Sequence record: SRR20825019_449
Direction: 5' to 3' (one strand)
DNA: 58,730 bases
In this document: one piece after another, positions 20,505-29,087 of the stretch
Position numbering within the stretch: the stretch's first letter is position 1
How the letters are laid out: the number at the start of each line of letters is the position of its first letter
Notes under the pieces: model-generated
What the model was told of the DNA's origin: nothing
Databases searched by the model: none
Seen by the model: the letters and a program-made list of their open reading frames with translations, nothing else
Program-made: the position numbers and the translations under genes

Positions 20505-20846
20505 GTGACCGACCAGGACAAAAGACAGGATGACCGACTACCCGTGCTGTGGCATGGCACGCTCATGACAAATGATGACCGCGAGTTTCCCTGCCAGATA
20601 AGGGATATCAGTCTCGCCGGGACACTGATCACCTGTGATGCAGACGTCAAAATGGGCGATGAGCTATTGCTGACAATTGACCGTATCGGTGAGTTTGCTG
20701 GCGTGGTGAAATGGCAGGGCTCACAAGGGCTGGGCCTGATGATCCTTGCGGGGCCAGACCTATTCCTCAAAAAATTCGCCGAAGGTGCCGGAAGCGGCCT
20801 TTCGGAAGCTCCCAATGCACCAACGGACGACCCTCTCGCAGGATAG
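20505..20846 (+). CDS. Single-domain PilZ protein
   Basis: RQDDR (RxxxR) and DISLAG (DxSxxG) c-di-GMP-binding motifs. Confidence 0.88.
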   Translation: MTDQDKRQDDRLPVLWHGTLMTNDDREFPCQIRDISLAGTLITCDADVKMGDELLLTIDRIGEFAGVVKWQGSQGLGLMILAGPDLFLKKFAEGAGSGLSEAPNAPTDDPLAG

Positions 20847-20859
20847 TTGGACAATCCGG

Positions 20860-20890
20860 AAAAAAATAAGGCGGCCGGGGGATGGCCGCC
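20860..20890 (-). terminator. Intrinsic terminator of the minus-strand sigma54 transcript
   Basis: Minus strand GGCGGCC-loop-GGCCGCC followed by TTATTTTTTT. Confidence 0.8.
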
Positions 20891-20985
20891 GTTATTGAGC
20901 GTAAACTGCCGAGTGCTATCCTGCTGAGTGCTCTGAGTGTCTAGCTGTCATATTATTATTGTTATATCGGTATCACCCTCCGCTT

Positions 20986-21105
20986 TTACTTGCGGAGTTT
21001 GTGACGTCGTGTACGGCGGCGGCTATATTTTGCTTCAGTAACGCCGAAGCTCGCATAAACCACCAGGGTCGGGCTTTCTGGTAAAACTGTGTTCAGGAAT
21101 GCCAT
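20986..21105 (-). CDS. 39-aa small protein MAFLNTVLPESPTLVVYASFGVTEAKYSRRRTRRHKLRK
   Basis: GAGGAG RBS 7 nt before ATG; lies within the sigma54 transcript. Confidence 0.55.
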   Translation of the reverse strand: MAFLNTVLPESPTLVVYASFGVTEAKYSRRRTRRHKLRK

Positions 21106-21218
21106 TTGTCTTCTCCTCGCTGTCGCGCCTCTTATGGGCGGATATCTGGTTGCCGGGTTTCCGGTCGCATTCAATGCTGTCGTTGTCGTTTCGGTTTTTG
21201 TTTTGTTGCCTGAATATC

Positions 21219-21235
21219 AGCAAGGCCTGTGCCAG
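21219..21235 (-). promoter_or_regulatory. Sigma54 -24/-12 promoter
   Basis: Minus strand CTGGCAC-AGGCC-TTGCT, exact TGGCAC-N5-TTGCW consensus. Confidence 0.85.
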
Positions 21236-21252
21236 AAACATAAATCCATATA

Positions 21253-21265
21253 AATCAATGAGTTA
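21253..21265 (+). promoter_or_regulatory. IHF binding site
   Basis: AATCAATGAGTTA matches WATCAANNNNTTR; sits between the promoter and the upstream palindromes. Confidence 0.7.
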
Positions 21266-21296
21266 ATTTTTATTCTCCGACACTAGTCAAGAGATG

Positions 21297-21335
21297 TGTT
21301 CGATTCCGAACAGATATAGTGTCCGAATATGAACA
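21297..21335. promoter_or_regulatory. Two upstream activator sequences for an enhancer-binding protein
   Basis: TGTTCGattcCGAACA (21297-21312, perfect 6-bp arms) and TGTCCGaataTGAACA (21320-21335); both TGT-N10-ACA. Confidence 0.65.
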
Positions 21336-21440
21336 ACTGACAGACAGTGTTTCCAGCTGGGCCTTGCAATTTTCTCACACTCGAGTATATATGCCTTATA
21401 CTAAATATAAAGATTTCTTTATATTATGAAGGAACACCGT

Positions 21441-22103
21441 ATGAGTTATCCCTCCATTCCTCACCGAGAGGAAGACTGGTCCCGCATCACGGGCCTGATC
21501 AAAGCCTATCCCTTTGCTCATTTATTCACTGGCAGCGGCACAAGGGCCCGGGTCACTCGCCTGCCGTTTGCGTTTGATGATACCGGCGAGGGTGGTGGCA
21601 GCTTGCGCGCACATATGGACGCCCGCAACCCACAGGTCAGCGCCCTTGACGACACGGATGTGCTGGTGGCTTTCTCAGGGCCAGACGCCTATGTATCGCC
21701 CAATTGGCGGAATGACAGAAGCCGCGGCGCGACATGGGACTACACGGCCGTGCATATCTGGGGTCGTGCGGTTATACGGCGCGACCGCGATTTTTTCGCC
21801 ACGCTTATCCGCGACCTCGCCGCACCGGCTGAGGAGAAATACCAGTCACTTTCAGACGCACCCACCTGGACCTTTGAGGATGCACCCGAAGACTATGTAA
21901 ATCGGTTGTTGCCGCATCTGGTGGGGTTTGAGATTACCATCACCCGCGTGGAAGCCATCTCCAAACTGCATCAGGACTTCGCGCCCAAGGATGCGCTGCG
22001 TGTTGCAGACCATCTTGCCCAAAGCCCGAATGAGGATGGACGGACTATCGCCAGCCTGATTCGGGCGAAAACCGCGCTCAAACAAGCGAAACGAACCAGC
22101 TAA
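21441..22103 (+). CDS. FMN-binding negative transcriptional regulator (PaiB family)
   Basis: LRAHMDARNPQ, FSGPDAYVSPNW, TWDYTAVH, KLHQD. Confidence 0.88.
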   Translation: MSYPSIPHREEDWSRITGLIKAYPFAHLFTGSGTRARVTRLPFAFDDTGEGGGSLRAHMDARNPQVSALDDTDVLVAFSGPDAYVSPNWRNDRSRGATWDYTAVHIWGRAVIRRDRDFFATLIRDLAAPAEEKYQSLSDAPTWTFEDAPEDYVNRLLPHLVGFEITITRVEAISKLHQDFAPKDALRVADHLAQSPNEDGRTIASLIRAKTALKQAKRTS

Positions 22104-23320
22104 CACTGTACGCGCTTTTGACGTGGCAGGCACAGTATGACGCCGCCAATACCACAGGCTAGCACCGCACCGAGGAACGGGTGACCGGGGTTGGCAGCCG
22201 CAAGCCAGCCCCCTGTCAGCGCAGCCATCGCCGCCGCAAGCACGGTAACAGCACGGTAGAGCCCGAGGGCTTGTCCTTGCGCCTCTGCCGGTGCGGCGTC
22301 AGAGACGAGAACCGACGTTGCTGTCTGGCCAAAGGTAATACCAACCGCAATGGCGATAACCGCAGGGATATGCGCGAGTTCCGTATTGGCTTGTAGAAAA
22401 GCGTATTGCCCAAGCCCCATGAGCGTAAAAGCAAGCATCGCCACGGCGCGTGCACCAACCCGGTTCACCAGCCGCCCTACCACAAGGCCTGCCGCAACAA
22501 GTGGGGCGGACAAAAGCGCCGCGTTAATGCCAAGCTGCATTGGCTCGGTGCCGTAAACCTGCACAAAATAAACCGGAAAGAAATCGAAGAAGCTCATGAT
22601 CGACCAGAAGGTGCAGAAAGATACCAACATGAGCGGCATCATCGCGCCAGCCATGCTCCTCGGTGTTGAAGCAGCTGTATGCACAGCCCCTCCTCCGCCC
22701 TTGAGGAAGACCGGCACCAGAAGGAGGTTCACCACAAACAGCGCAGCCGCGAGCCAGAAAGGTAGTGCCCAATGCATTGGGGAAGCGCCGGAGCTGACAT
22801 CACCAAGGATGGCGCCGCCCGCGAGCGGTCCCACGACAAACCCTAGGTCCATCGCGATGCCAATGAAGGCAAAGTTCCGCGCTTTGGTTTGCGCTGAGCT
22901 GGCGTCAGACGCAAGCGACTGTACGATCGCAACGCTGCCTTCGCCAAGCCCGGCGATAAAACGCCCCAAAAGCAGCAGGTATATCAAGCTGCTCATCACC
23001 CCCAAGGCCAGCATAAGCGACCCCAGAACCGTCAGCGCCAGCGCGAACATCAGCGTCTGCTTGCGCCCGTACCTGTCGGACGCACGCCCGAGAAGGAAGG
23101 AACCGACAATTTGCCCAAGCGGATAGAGCGCAAGCCCCACCCCCAACAATTGTATCCGGACACCGTTGCTAACTCCTTCATCCAAAAGAGGAGCCGCCGG
23201 TGTGAGGAACAAAGGGCTAAAAACCGGGAAGGGGATAGAGAAGCCAACCCAACCCAGAAAGACTGTCAGAAAGACAAACATCATGATAGCGCGCTCACGC
23301 GCTTCGTGGTGTTTCGTCAC
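22100..23320 (-). CDS. MFS transporter (TetA/DHA1-like)
   Basis: GRASDRYGRK motif A, LGRFIAGLG, LGFVVGPLAGG; about 12 TM helices. Confidence 0.9.
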   Translation of the reverse strand: MTKHHEARERAIMMFVFLTVFLGWVGFSIPFPVFSPLFLTPAAPLLDEGVSNGVRIQLLGVGLALYPLGQIVGSFLLGRASDRYGRKQTLMFALALTVLGSLMLALGVMSSLIYLLLLGRFIAGLGEGSVAIVQSLASDASSAQTKARNFAFIGIAMDLGFVVGPLAGGAILGDVSSGASPMHWALPFWLAAALFVVNLLLVPVFLKGGGGAVHTAASTPRSMAGAMMPLMLVSFCTFWSIMSFFDFFPVYFVQVYGTEPMQLGINAALLSAPLVAAGLVVGRLVNRVGARAVAMLAFTLMGLGQYAFLQANTELAHIPAVIAIAVGITFGQTATSVLVSDAAPAEAQGQALGLYRAVTVLAAAMAALTGGWLAAANPGHPFLGAVLACGIGGVILCLPRQKRVQC

Positions 23321-23376
23321 AAAAACCTCGTTTCAAATGGGGTTAGGGTCAAATGGGTTAGGGCTTCTGGCTTGGG

Positions 23377-24273
23377 CTAGTGCCTGACCAGCACACCTGC
23401 TTCAGCGTCAATCCGGGCGAGCTTGTCCGGGTTGCGGGTTACAAAAATCTGGCTCGCTTTCCCGTCAGCATCGAAGCCGAAAGTAATGACCGCCTCAGCG
23501 CGGCCGTTAGCACGGGAAACAAGCCCCAGCGACGAGTTCAACTCAAGCGTTACGACCTCCCCGCCGCGCCAATAATGCCCTAGAACCTTGGTAACAAACG
23601 CGAGTGTTTCCTTCAGCCCCACCAGTGTTCTGCTCACTGCCGTTGCCTTGCCGCCGCTGTCTGATTGCACGGTTACATCATGCGCGAGCAAAGACACAAG
23701 GGATTCAGTTTTCCCTGTATTAACTGCCGTCATGAAGGCATCGAGAAGCTCGCCTTGTCGGTCCTTGGGTGCCTGATGCACCGTTTCAGCGCGTTGCACG
23801 TTTGCGCGGGCGCGGGAGACCAGTTTGCGGCATGCAGGCTCGGCAATATCGAGGCTCGCGGCAATGTCCCTATAATCCATTTCAAAAACGTCATGCAGCA
23901 GGAAGGCCGCACGCTCTTTTGGTGCCAGACGTTCAAGCACCAGCATGAATGCCATGGTGACACTCTCGGAAAGGGAAAGCTGGCATTCCGGGTCATCCAA
24001 CACCTCGGTATGCATGGGCTCAGGCAACCAAGCTCCAATATAACTTGTGCGAGCGCGGCGCGCAGATTTCAGCACATCCAGCGCTTTGCGCACACAAACG
24101 GTGGTCAGCCAACCTTGCGGGTTGCTGATGCTGCCATCCTTTTCCCCGAGCCATGCGATCAGGGTATCCTGCACCACGTCCTCCGCTTCAGCAACAGAGC
24201 CAAGCACCCGGTACGCCAGGCCCATAAGGACCTGACGATGACTTTCAAAAATTTCTATCGCGCTGGACGACAT
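23377..24273 (-). CDS. ECF41 (SigJ-type) sigma factor with SnoaL-like extension
   Basis: YIGAWLPEP, DSGGK and RNPDKL signature motifs. Confidence 0.93.
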   Translation of the reverse strand: MSSSAIEIFESHRQVLMGLAYRVLGSVAEAEDVVQDTLIAWLGEKDGSISNPQGWLTTVCVRKALDVLKSARRARTSYIGAWLPEPMHTEVLDDPECQLSLSESVTMAFMLVLERLAPKERAAFLLHDVFEMDYRDIAASLDIAEPACRKLVSRARANVQRAETVHQAPKDRQGELLDAFMTAVNTGKTESLVSLLAHDVTVQSDSGGKATAVSRTLVGLKETLAFVTKVLGHYWRGGEVVTLELNSSLGLVSRANGRAEAVITFGFDADGKASQIFVTRNPDKLARIDAEAGVLVRH

Positions 24274-24287
24274 ATCAACGTCCTCAC

Positions 24288-24719
24288 TCAGTGCTGCGAA
24301 ATCTGGATACGATTCCAGAGGTTGATCATCGCTGAGATCGCCGTGATTGCAGAAATCTCCGCATCGGTAAAATGCTTTTTCAGCTCAGCCCGCAGGGCGC
24401 CAAGATCCGTGTGAACATGCACTTCCGTCAGGGCCTCAACCCAGGCGAATGCCACCTTTTCTTTATCTGTATAATCGCTCACGTGGCGCCAGACCACCAA
24501 CCGGTCAAGCCTTTCATTGCTTTCACCGTGTTTGCGGGCATCGCCTGTGTGCATTTTTACACAGAAGCCACAGCCGTTGATCTGGGATGCCCGGAGAAGA
24601 AGCAAATGGTGCAGGGATTGCTCAATACCCGCCTTGGCAATTTCAGCTTCCACCGCCTGAAGGGCGGTCAGGATAGGTGCTGCGTGTTCATAGAAATTTA
24701 CCGGTGCTGTCGTGGTCAT
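24288..24719 (-). CDS. Carboxymuconolactone decarboxylase/AhpD family protein
   Basis: LRASQINGCGFCVKMH...INLWNRI; canonical ECF41 partner. Confidence 0.92.
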   Translation of the reverse strand: MTTTAPVNFYEHAAPILTALQAVEAEIAKAGIEQSLHHLLLLRASQINGCGFCVKMHTGDARKHGESNERLDRLVVWRHVSDYTDKEKVAFAWVEALTEVHVHTDLGALRAELKKHFTDAEISAITAISAMINLWNRIQISQH

Positions 24720-24764
24720 TTTCATCTCCAGTTTGTTCAACATAAATTTTCTGTTCACAAACGT

Positions 24765-24791
24765 GACGATTGACCGTCCGGCAAAGTGACG
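24765..24791 (-). promoter_or_regulatory. ECF41 target promoter
   Basis: Minus strand cGTCACt-N16-CGTC versus the known consensus TGTCACA-N16-CGTC. Confidence 0.75.
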
Positions 24792-24995
24792 TGGTGGCGG
24801 TATTTTTCTCAGATTTTATCGACCATCTCCGGAAACTCACCGGCAACGGTTCATGAAATCCTTAGCCCACACCCTGTTAAGAAGGCGTCAAATCGCCCTT
24901 CAATTGCTCCCCCGGAAACCCCAAAATAACGCATCGCCGCAGGGATGCCTGCTACCGCCTCGATAAATAGGCTGGACGTATATCCCTTTGTGATA

Positions 24996-25018
24996 TAGAA
25001 ATGCGACTCATTCTTAAT
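24996..25018 (+). promoter_or_regulatory. Putative Fur-type iron box
   Basis: AGAAATGCGACTCATTCTTA upstream of a siderophore receptor gene. Confidence 0.55.
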
Positions 25019-25074
25019 ATCAATAAATTCCTGTGCCTTCCCCACCTCAGCATAGGGATACAAAGGGTTTAGAA

Positions 25075-27246
25075 ATGCCAGCTTTCACCACGAAGTATTC
25101 AGATTACTCCGGCACGCGCCATAGCACTCGATACGCTTTCCTGCTCTCACTTCTGACCTCGTCGGCTCTGATCTCCTCCCCCCTTCTTGCTGAAGACATG
25201 AGCGCAGAGGATGATGAGAATATTGAAGAGATCGTCGTTAAAGGCGCCTACACCACCAATGAACTGCTCGATTCGGCTACCGGTCTCGGCCTTTCGCCTC
25301 AGGAAACACCGCAGTCAGTCAGCGTTATGACCTTCCAACGTATTGAAGACCAGGACCTGCGCTCGCTATCTGATATTGTGATAAACGCTGTTGGTGTCTC
25401 CGCGAAAGAGCTGGACAGCACCCGTTATGGCTTCTCCGCGCGTGGTTTTTCGATCCAGAATTATCAGCTTGACGGTGTTCCCCTGGCATGGAGCCCTGGC
25501 GGTGATTCCGGCGAGACCCTACAAGACACCGCGCTGTATGAGCGTATCGAGATTGTGCGCGGGGCCACCGGACTGCTTACCGGTGCCGGTGACCCTTCCG
25601 CCTCCATCAACCTGGTGCGCAAAACGGCAAACAGCCGGAACTTCAAGGGCTTCATCGCGGCGGATGGCGGCAGCTGGAACACCTACGGCATCCTCGCCGA
25701 TGTAGCCACATCGCTGAACAGCGACGGCTCCATCCGTGGTCGCCTCGTCGCACGTTATAGGGAAGGCGATTCGTTCCGCGACTGGGGCAGCGATAAGAAG
25801 ACCGTGCTATACGGTGTAATTGAAGCCGATGTCTCTGACGACCTTCTGCTGCGCGCGGGTGCGAGCTATCAGGATAATTCTCCCCTTGGTACCACATGGG
25901 GTGGTTTGCCGGCCTGGTTTGCTGATGGCAGCCAAGCCAGTTGGGACCGTAAAAAGACCATCGCGCCCGATTGGTCTTTCTGGGCATCAGAGACCAGCAA
26001 TTATTTCGCGACACTTGATTATAATTTCTCCGCTGACTGGCGCGCGAAAGTCAGCTTCAACAGATACGAAACATCGGCAGATCTGAAACTGTTGTATCTA
26101 TACGGTGTGCCAGACCGTGAAACGGGCATCGGTCTTGGCGCCTCCCCCTACCGGGCAGACACCAAAAGCGACCAGAACAGCATCGACTTCCAGATCCAGG
26201 GCGCTTTCTCACTGTTTGGCCGCCGCCACGAGTTGGTATTCGGCGGGCTGCACAGCAAACAATATTCAGAGGCAGGGTATTACGCGGCCAGCAACGTTGC
26301 CCCGATTGGGGATTTTAACGCATGGGATGGGTCGTACACTGAGCCAACATGGTCAACTGACCGTCAAATTGACGGCGACTATGACACTGTGCAAACAGGC
26401 TTTTATGCGGCGTCTCGCCTCAGTTTGACTGATGCGTTCAAGCTGGTTGTGGGGGGCCGCCTGGCGAAATGGAGCCAGCGAGGGCAGCTATACGGCACAG
26501 TGCGCGACTATGGCGACAGCGGTGTGTTCATCCCTTATGCTGGTGCGCTCTATGATGTTTCAGACAATCATACAGTTTACGCCAGCTATACCGAGATTTT
26601 CGAGCCCCAGAACGCGCAAGACAGGAACGGTGACTTCCTCGCCCCGCTCGAAGGTAAAAACTATGAAGTTGGCTTGAAAAGCACTTTCTTTGATGATGCG
26701 CTTCACACCACCGTGTCGTTATTTCTTGTTGAGCAGGATAATCTGGCACAGCCCGACCCGGGCCACACCATTCCGGGCACAATTTTTGAGGCTTCCCGTG
26801 CCGCCAAGGGTACCGAGAGCAAGGGTTTTGAGCTTGAGGTTGTGGGCGAAGTCCTGCCGGGCTGGAACATCAGCACAGGCTATACCCAGTTCAAGGCTGA
26901 GGACGCAGGCGGCGTGGCTGTTAACACATCGCAACCGCGCAAGCTGCTGAAGATATTCACCACCTATTCGGTTAATAAATTCACCCTTGGTGGTGGCGTC
27001 AATTGGGAAGGCCGTAATTATACAGACACGATCAACCCGGTGAGTGGCAATGCTGAACGGTTAGAGCAGGCATCATATGCCCTCGCCAGCCTGATGGCCC
27101 GCTATGACATCAACGAGCAGCTGTCATTGCAGGCCAACGTGGAAAATCTGTTTGATGAAACATATTTCAGCCAGATCGGCTTCTACAGCCAGCTTGCCTA
27201 TGGTGAACCTAGGCGGGTGACCGTCAAAGCCCGCTACACTTTCTAA
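25075..27246 (+). CDS. TonB-dependent siderophore receptor (FhuE/FpvA-like)
   Basis: SATGLGLSPQETPQSVSV, ERIEIVRGATGLLTGAGDPSASINLVRK, NLFDETY, terminal F. Confidence 0.92.
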   Translation: MPAFTTKYSDYSGTRHSTRYAFLLSLLTSSALISSPLLAEDMSAEDDENIEEIVVKGAYTTNELLDSATGLGLSPQETPQSVSVMTFQRIEDQDLRSLSDIVINAVGVSAKELDSTRYGFSARGFSIQNYQLDGVPLAWSPGGDSGETLQDTALYERIEIVRGATGLLTGAGDPSASINLVRKTANSRNFKGFIAADGGSWNTYGILADVATSLNSDGSIRGRLVARYREGDSFRDWGSDKKTVLYGVIEADVSDDLLLRAGASYQDNSPLGTTWGGLPAWFADGSQASWDRKKTIAPDWSFWASETSNYFATLDYNFSADWRAKVSFNRYETSADLKLLYLYGVPDRETGIGLGASPYRADTKSDQNSIDFQIQGAFSLFGRRHELVFGGLHSKQYSEAGYYAASNVAPIGDFNAWDGSYTEPTWSTDRQIDGDYDTVQTGFYAASRLSLTDAFKLVVGGRLAKWSQRGQLYGTVRDYGDSGVFIPYAGALYDVSDNHTVYASYTEIFEPQNAQDRNGDFLAPLEGKNYEVGLKSTFFDDALHTTVSLFLVEQDNLAQPDPGHTIPGTIFEASRAAKGTESKGFELEVVGEVLPGWNISTGYTQFKAEDAGGVAVNTSQPRKLLKIFTTYSVNKFTLGGGVNWEGRNYTDTINPVSGNAERLEQASYALASLMARYDINEQLSLQANVENLFDETYFSQIGFYSQLAYGEPRRVTVKARYTF

Positions 27247-27260
27247 GGCCAGACAACTAG

Positions 27261-27296
27261 AAGCCCGGAGCGAGCGCAATAGCTCGGCCTGGGCTT
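27261..27296 (+). terminator. Hairpin after the siderophore receptor gene
   Basis: AAGCCCGG..CGAGC-loop-GCTCG..CCTGGGCTT; weak U-tract. Confidence 0.45.
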
Positions 27297-27591
27297 ACCT
27301 ACCGCGACCCACCGTCATGTGTAGGAACAATATAGTTTGAAAATTAGGTTCAATTATTTTGAATAAAGTTTGGAAATTAATTCCAACCGCACTCCTCATG
27401 GCGCAGAATAAGTCCACCGAACTCAAAACACAGATCACTACCAATCGCTATTTTCGTCGTTTTCCCAACTAAATTGGTGCCTAGCGAAGAATAAGAGATG
27501 CTGCGCTAGATTAAGCGGTCATCAGCTATTTATACAAGGCGGTCACAATTTTCCCTATCGCTACCGTTCACCAACGATTTACCCAAGAAAA

Positions 27592-27618
27592 TGGAGGTAC
27601 ATCGTACGCCACTTCGTT
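27592..27618 (+). promoter_or_regulatory. ECF-type promoter motif, copy 1
   Basis: TGGAGGT-ACATCGTACGCCACTT-CGTT, 27 nt before the CDS at 27646. Confidence 0.75.
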
Positions 27619-27645
27619 CTAAGACCAGGAAAGAAGGACATACAA

Positions 27646-28731
27646 GTGGCACAACGCATCCAATTCAATTTGCTTCAGGGCTTAATGTTTACACTGTTGG
27701 CGACAGGTAGCAGCTTGGCACAGGATCAAGGCATTCAACCACCCAGCCTTGGCCAGCAGGCGAGCTATAGCGAATACTGGGAACAGCAGTTCCTGTTTGA
27801 CGATGGCACATTCGTCACCAGTCAGTTTCTGATTACCAACCTGCCGATAAGCAAACACCACGGCATCCAGATCGGCACGCTTGTTGGCAACAGCACACAA
27901 GCATATGGCGGACGTGTGATCATCAAGAACGGCCGCCCCCGCGATGGCTGGGGCTTTGAACCAACCAAACAGTCACTATCGATCTTCAGCCACGTTTTGG
28001 CCGGCCAACACCCAGGATATCTGATGCGGCTCGCAAACACCGCTGCAGAGCTGGATGTGTTATTTTCTGCAGGAGAGGACGCCATTGAGCTTGTAGCCCC
28101 TAACGGACCATTTGGGTTACCTCAAATTACACTCTACGCACCTCTATCCCAAGCCTTCGCCCGTTGGCGGCCAGGGCCGGAGATTGGTGGCGACGCCGAA
28201 GCCATTGACTGGATCAAGATCGGTCACGGCCATGGCATTGGCGTTCATGTGCGACAAACCCACGAGCTGCACAAGAGCATCCGCCGCTGGACCCGTATGA
28301 CAGGAACCAAAAGCAGCGCGGGGGTTCCTGTCCCCGTCCTGCACCAATTTGTAACACCACGAGGTGAGACAAGCACCGTTCTGTTGCTGCTATCACTCTC
28401 CTCACCGCCACAGCGATTTGACAACGTCACCCTGATAGAAAAAAAGACCGGCACCACCTGGAACCTTCAAGCCAGCATGGAAGGACAACGGATAATTGGC
28501 ACTGTCGTGATTGACAAACCACTCGATCATTTCATCTTAAAGGACCATTTGTCCGGTATCGAGAAGTTGGTAGCGGGCGCATCAGCGGACATCGACCGGA
28601 CACAAACCATTGCCCGCTACACACTCTCGCTCGAGACAGCAACGGGCACCAAACAGCTCACAGGAGACGCAATTTTCGAAGATGTCATGGTCGGAGAAGG
28701 TCGCAGAAAACGCAACAGGCGTCTACGCTAG
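27646..28731 (+). CDS. Secreted hypothetical protein, possibly AttH/CrtC/Svf1 lipocalin-like beta fold
   Basis: Signal peptide (SSLA-Q); SEYWEQQFLFDDG...SQFLITN; beta-strand-rich; basic tail. Confidence 0.7.
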   Translation: MAQRIQFNLLQGLMFTLLATGSSLAQDQGIQPPSLGQQASYSEYWEQQFLFDDGTFVTSQFLITNLPISKHHGIQIGTLVGNSTQAYGGRVIIKNGRPRDGWGFEPTKQSLSIFSHVLAGQHPGYLMRLANTAAELDVLFSAGEDAIELVAPNGPFGLPQITLYAPLSQAFARWRPGPEIGGDAEAIDWIKIGHGHGIGVHVRQTHELHKSIRRWTRMTGTKSSAGVPVPVLHQFVTPRGETSTVLLLLSLSSPPQRFDNVTLIEKKTGTTWNLQASMEGQRIIGTVVIDKPLDHFILKDHLSGIEKLVAGASADIDRTQTIARYTLSLETATGTKQLTGDAIFEDVMVGEGRRKRNRRLR

Positions 28732-29087
28732 ACGCGCTCAAGAATTTGTGGTGTAGCCCAGCCCGACTTTGATTTGATCACCATCACTGCAGTCCTCCGC
28801 AAGCGGACGCCAGCCGACCAAAACCCGCCAGCTTCCACAAACGGACACGGCCATCAGCCTGTAACGACCCACAAGATCGAGCACGGCTTCAGAAAACCCG
28901 TTTTTGGCTTCCACCCGCAACAAACCAAGCGCTGCAACGCTAACCTATTCCTTGCTGACCCCCTACCAACACTGAGCCACGCTTTTCGACAGCGATTTCG
29001 CGGACCCCGCTGACGCAAAGTCGCCAGGTTTGAAGATGGCGTGGCCTAACGTCGCCTTGACGCGACTCAGAAAATAGGCCGCAAGGG

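Larger units (their letters stand above)
20860..21208 (-). ncRNA. Candidate sigma54-dependent sRNA or dual-function RNA (about 350 nt)
   Basis: Bounded by a perfect -24/-12 promoter and a terminator; A-rich tracts near both ends; internal small ORF. Confidence 0.55.

Noticed and set aside
20909-20940. GAGTGCT copies as a CIRCE element
   Set aside because: They are direct repeats; the inverted TTAGCACTC half-site with N9 spacing is absent
27330-27390. AT-rich short inverted repeats (TTCAA..TTGAA, TTGGAA..TTCCAA)
   Set aside because: Short, AT-rich and over 200 bp from the next gene; could be chance
28732-29087. Short ORFs in the gap between convergent genes
   Set aside because: No convincing RBS, motifs or protein-like composition
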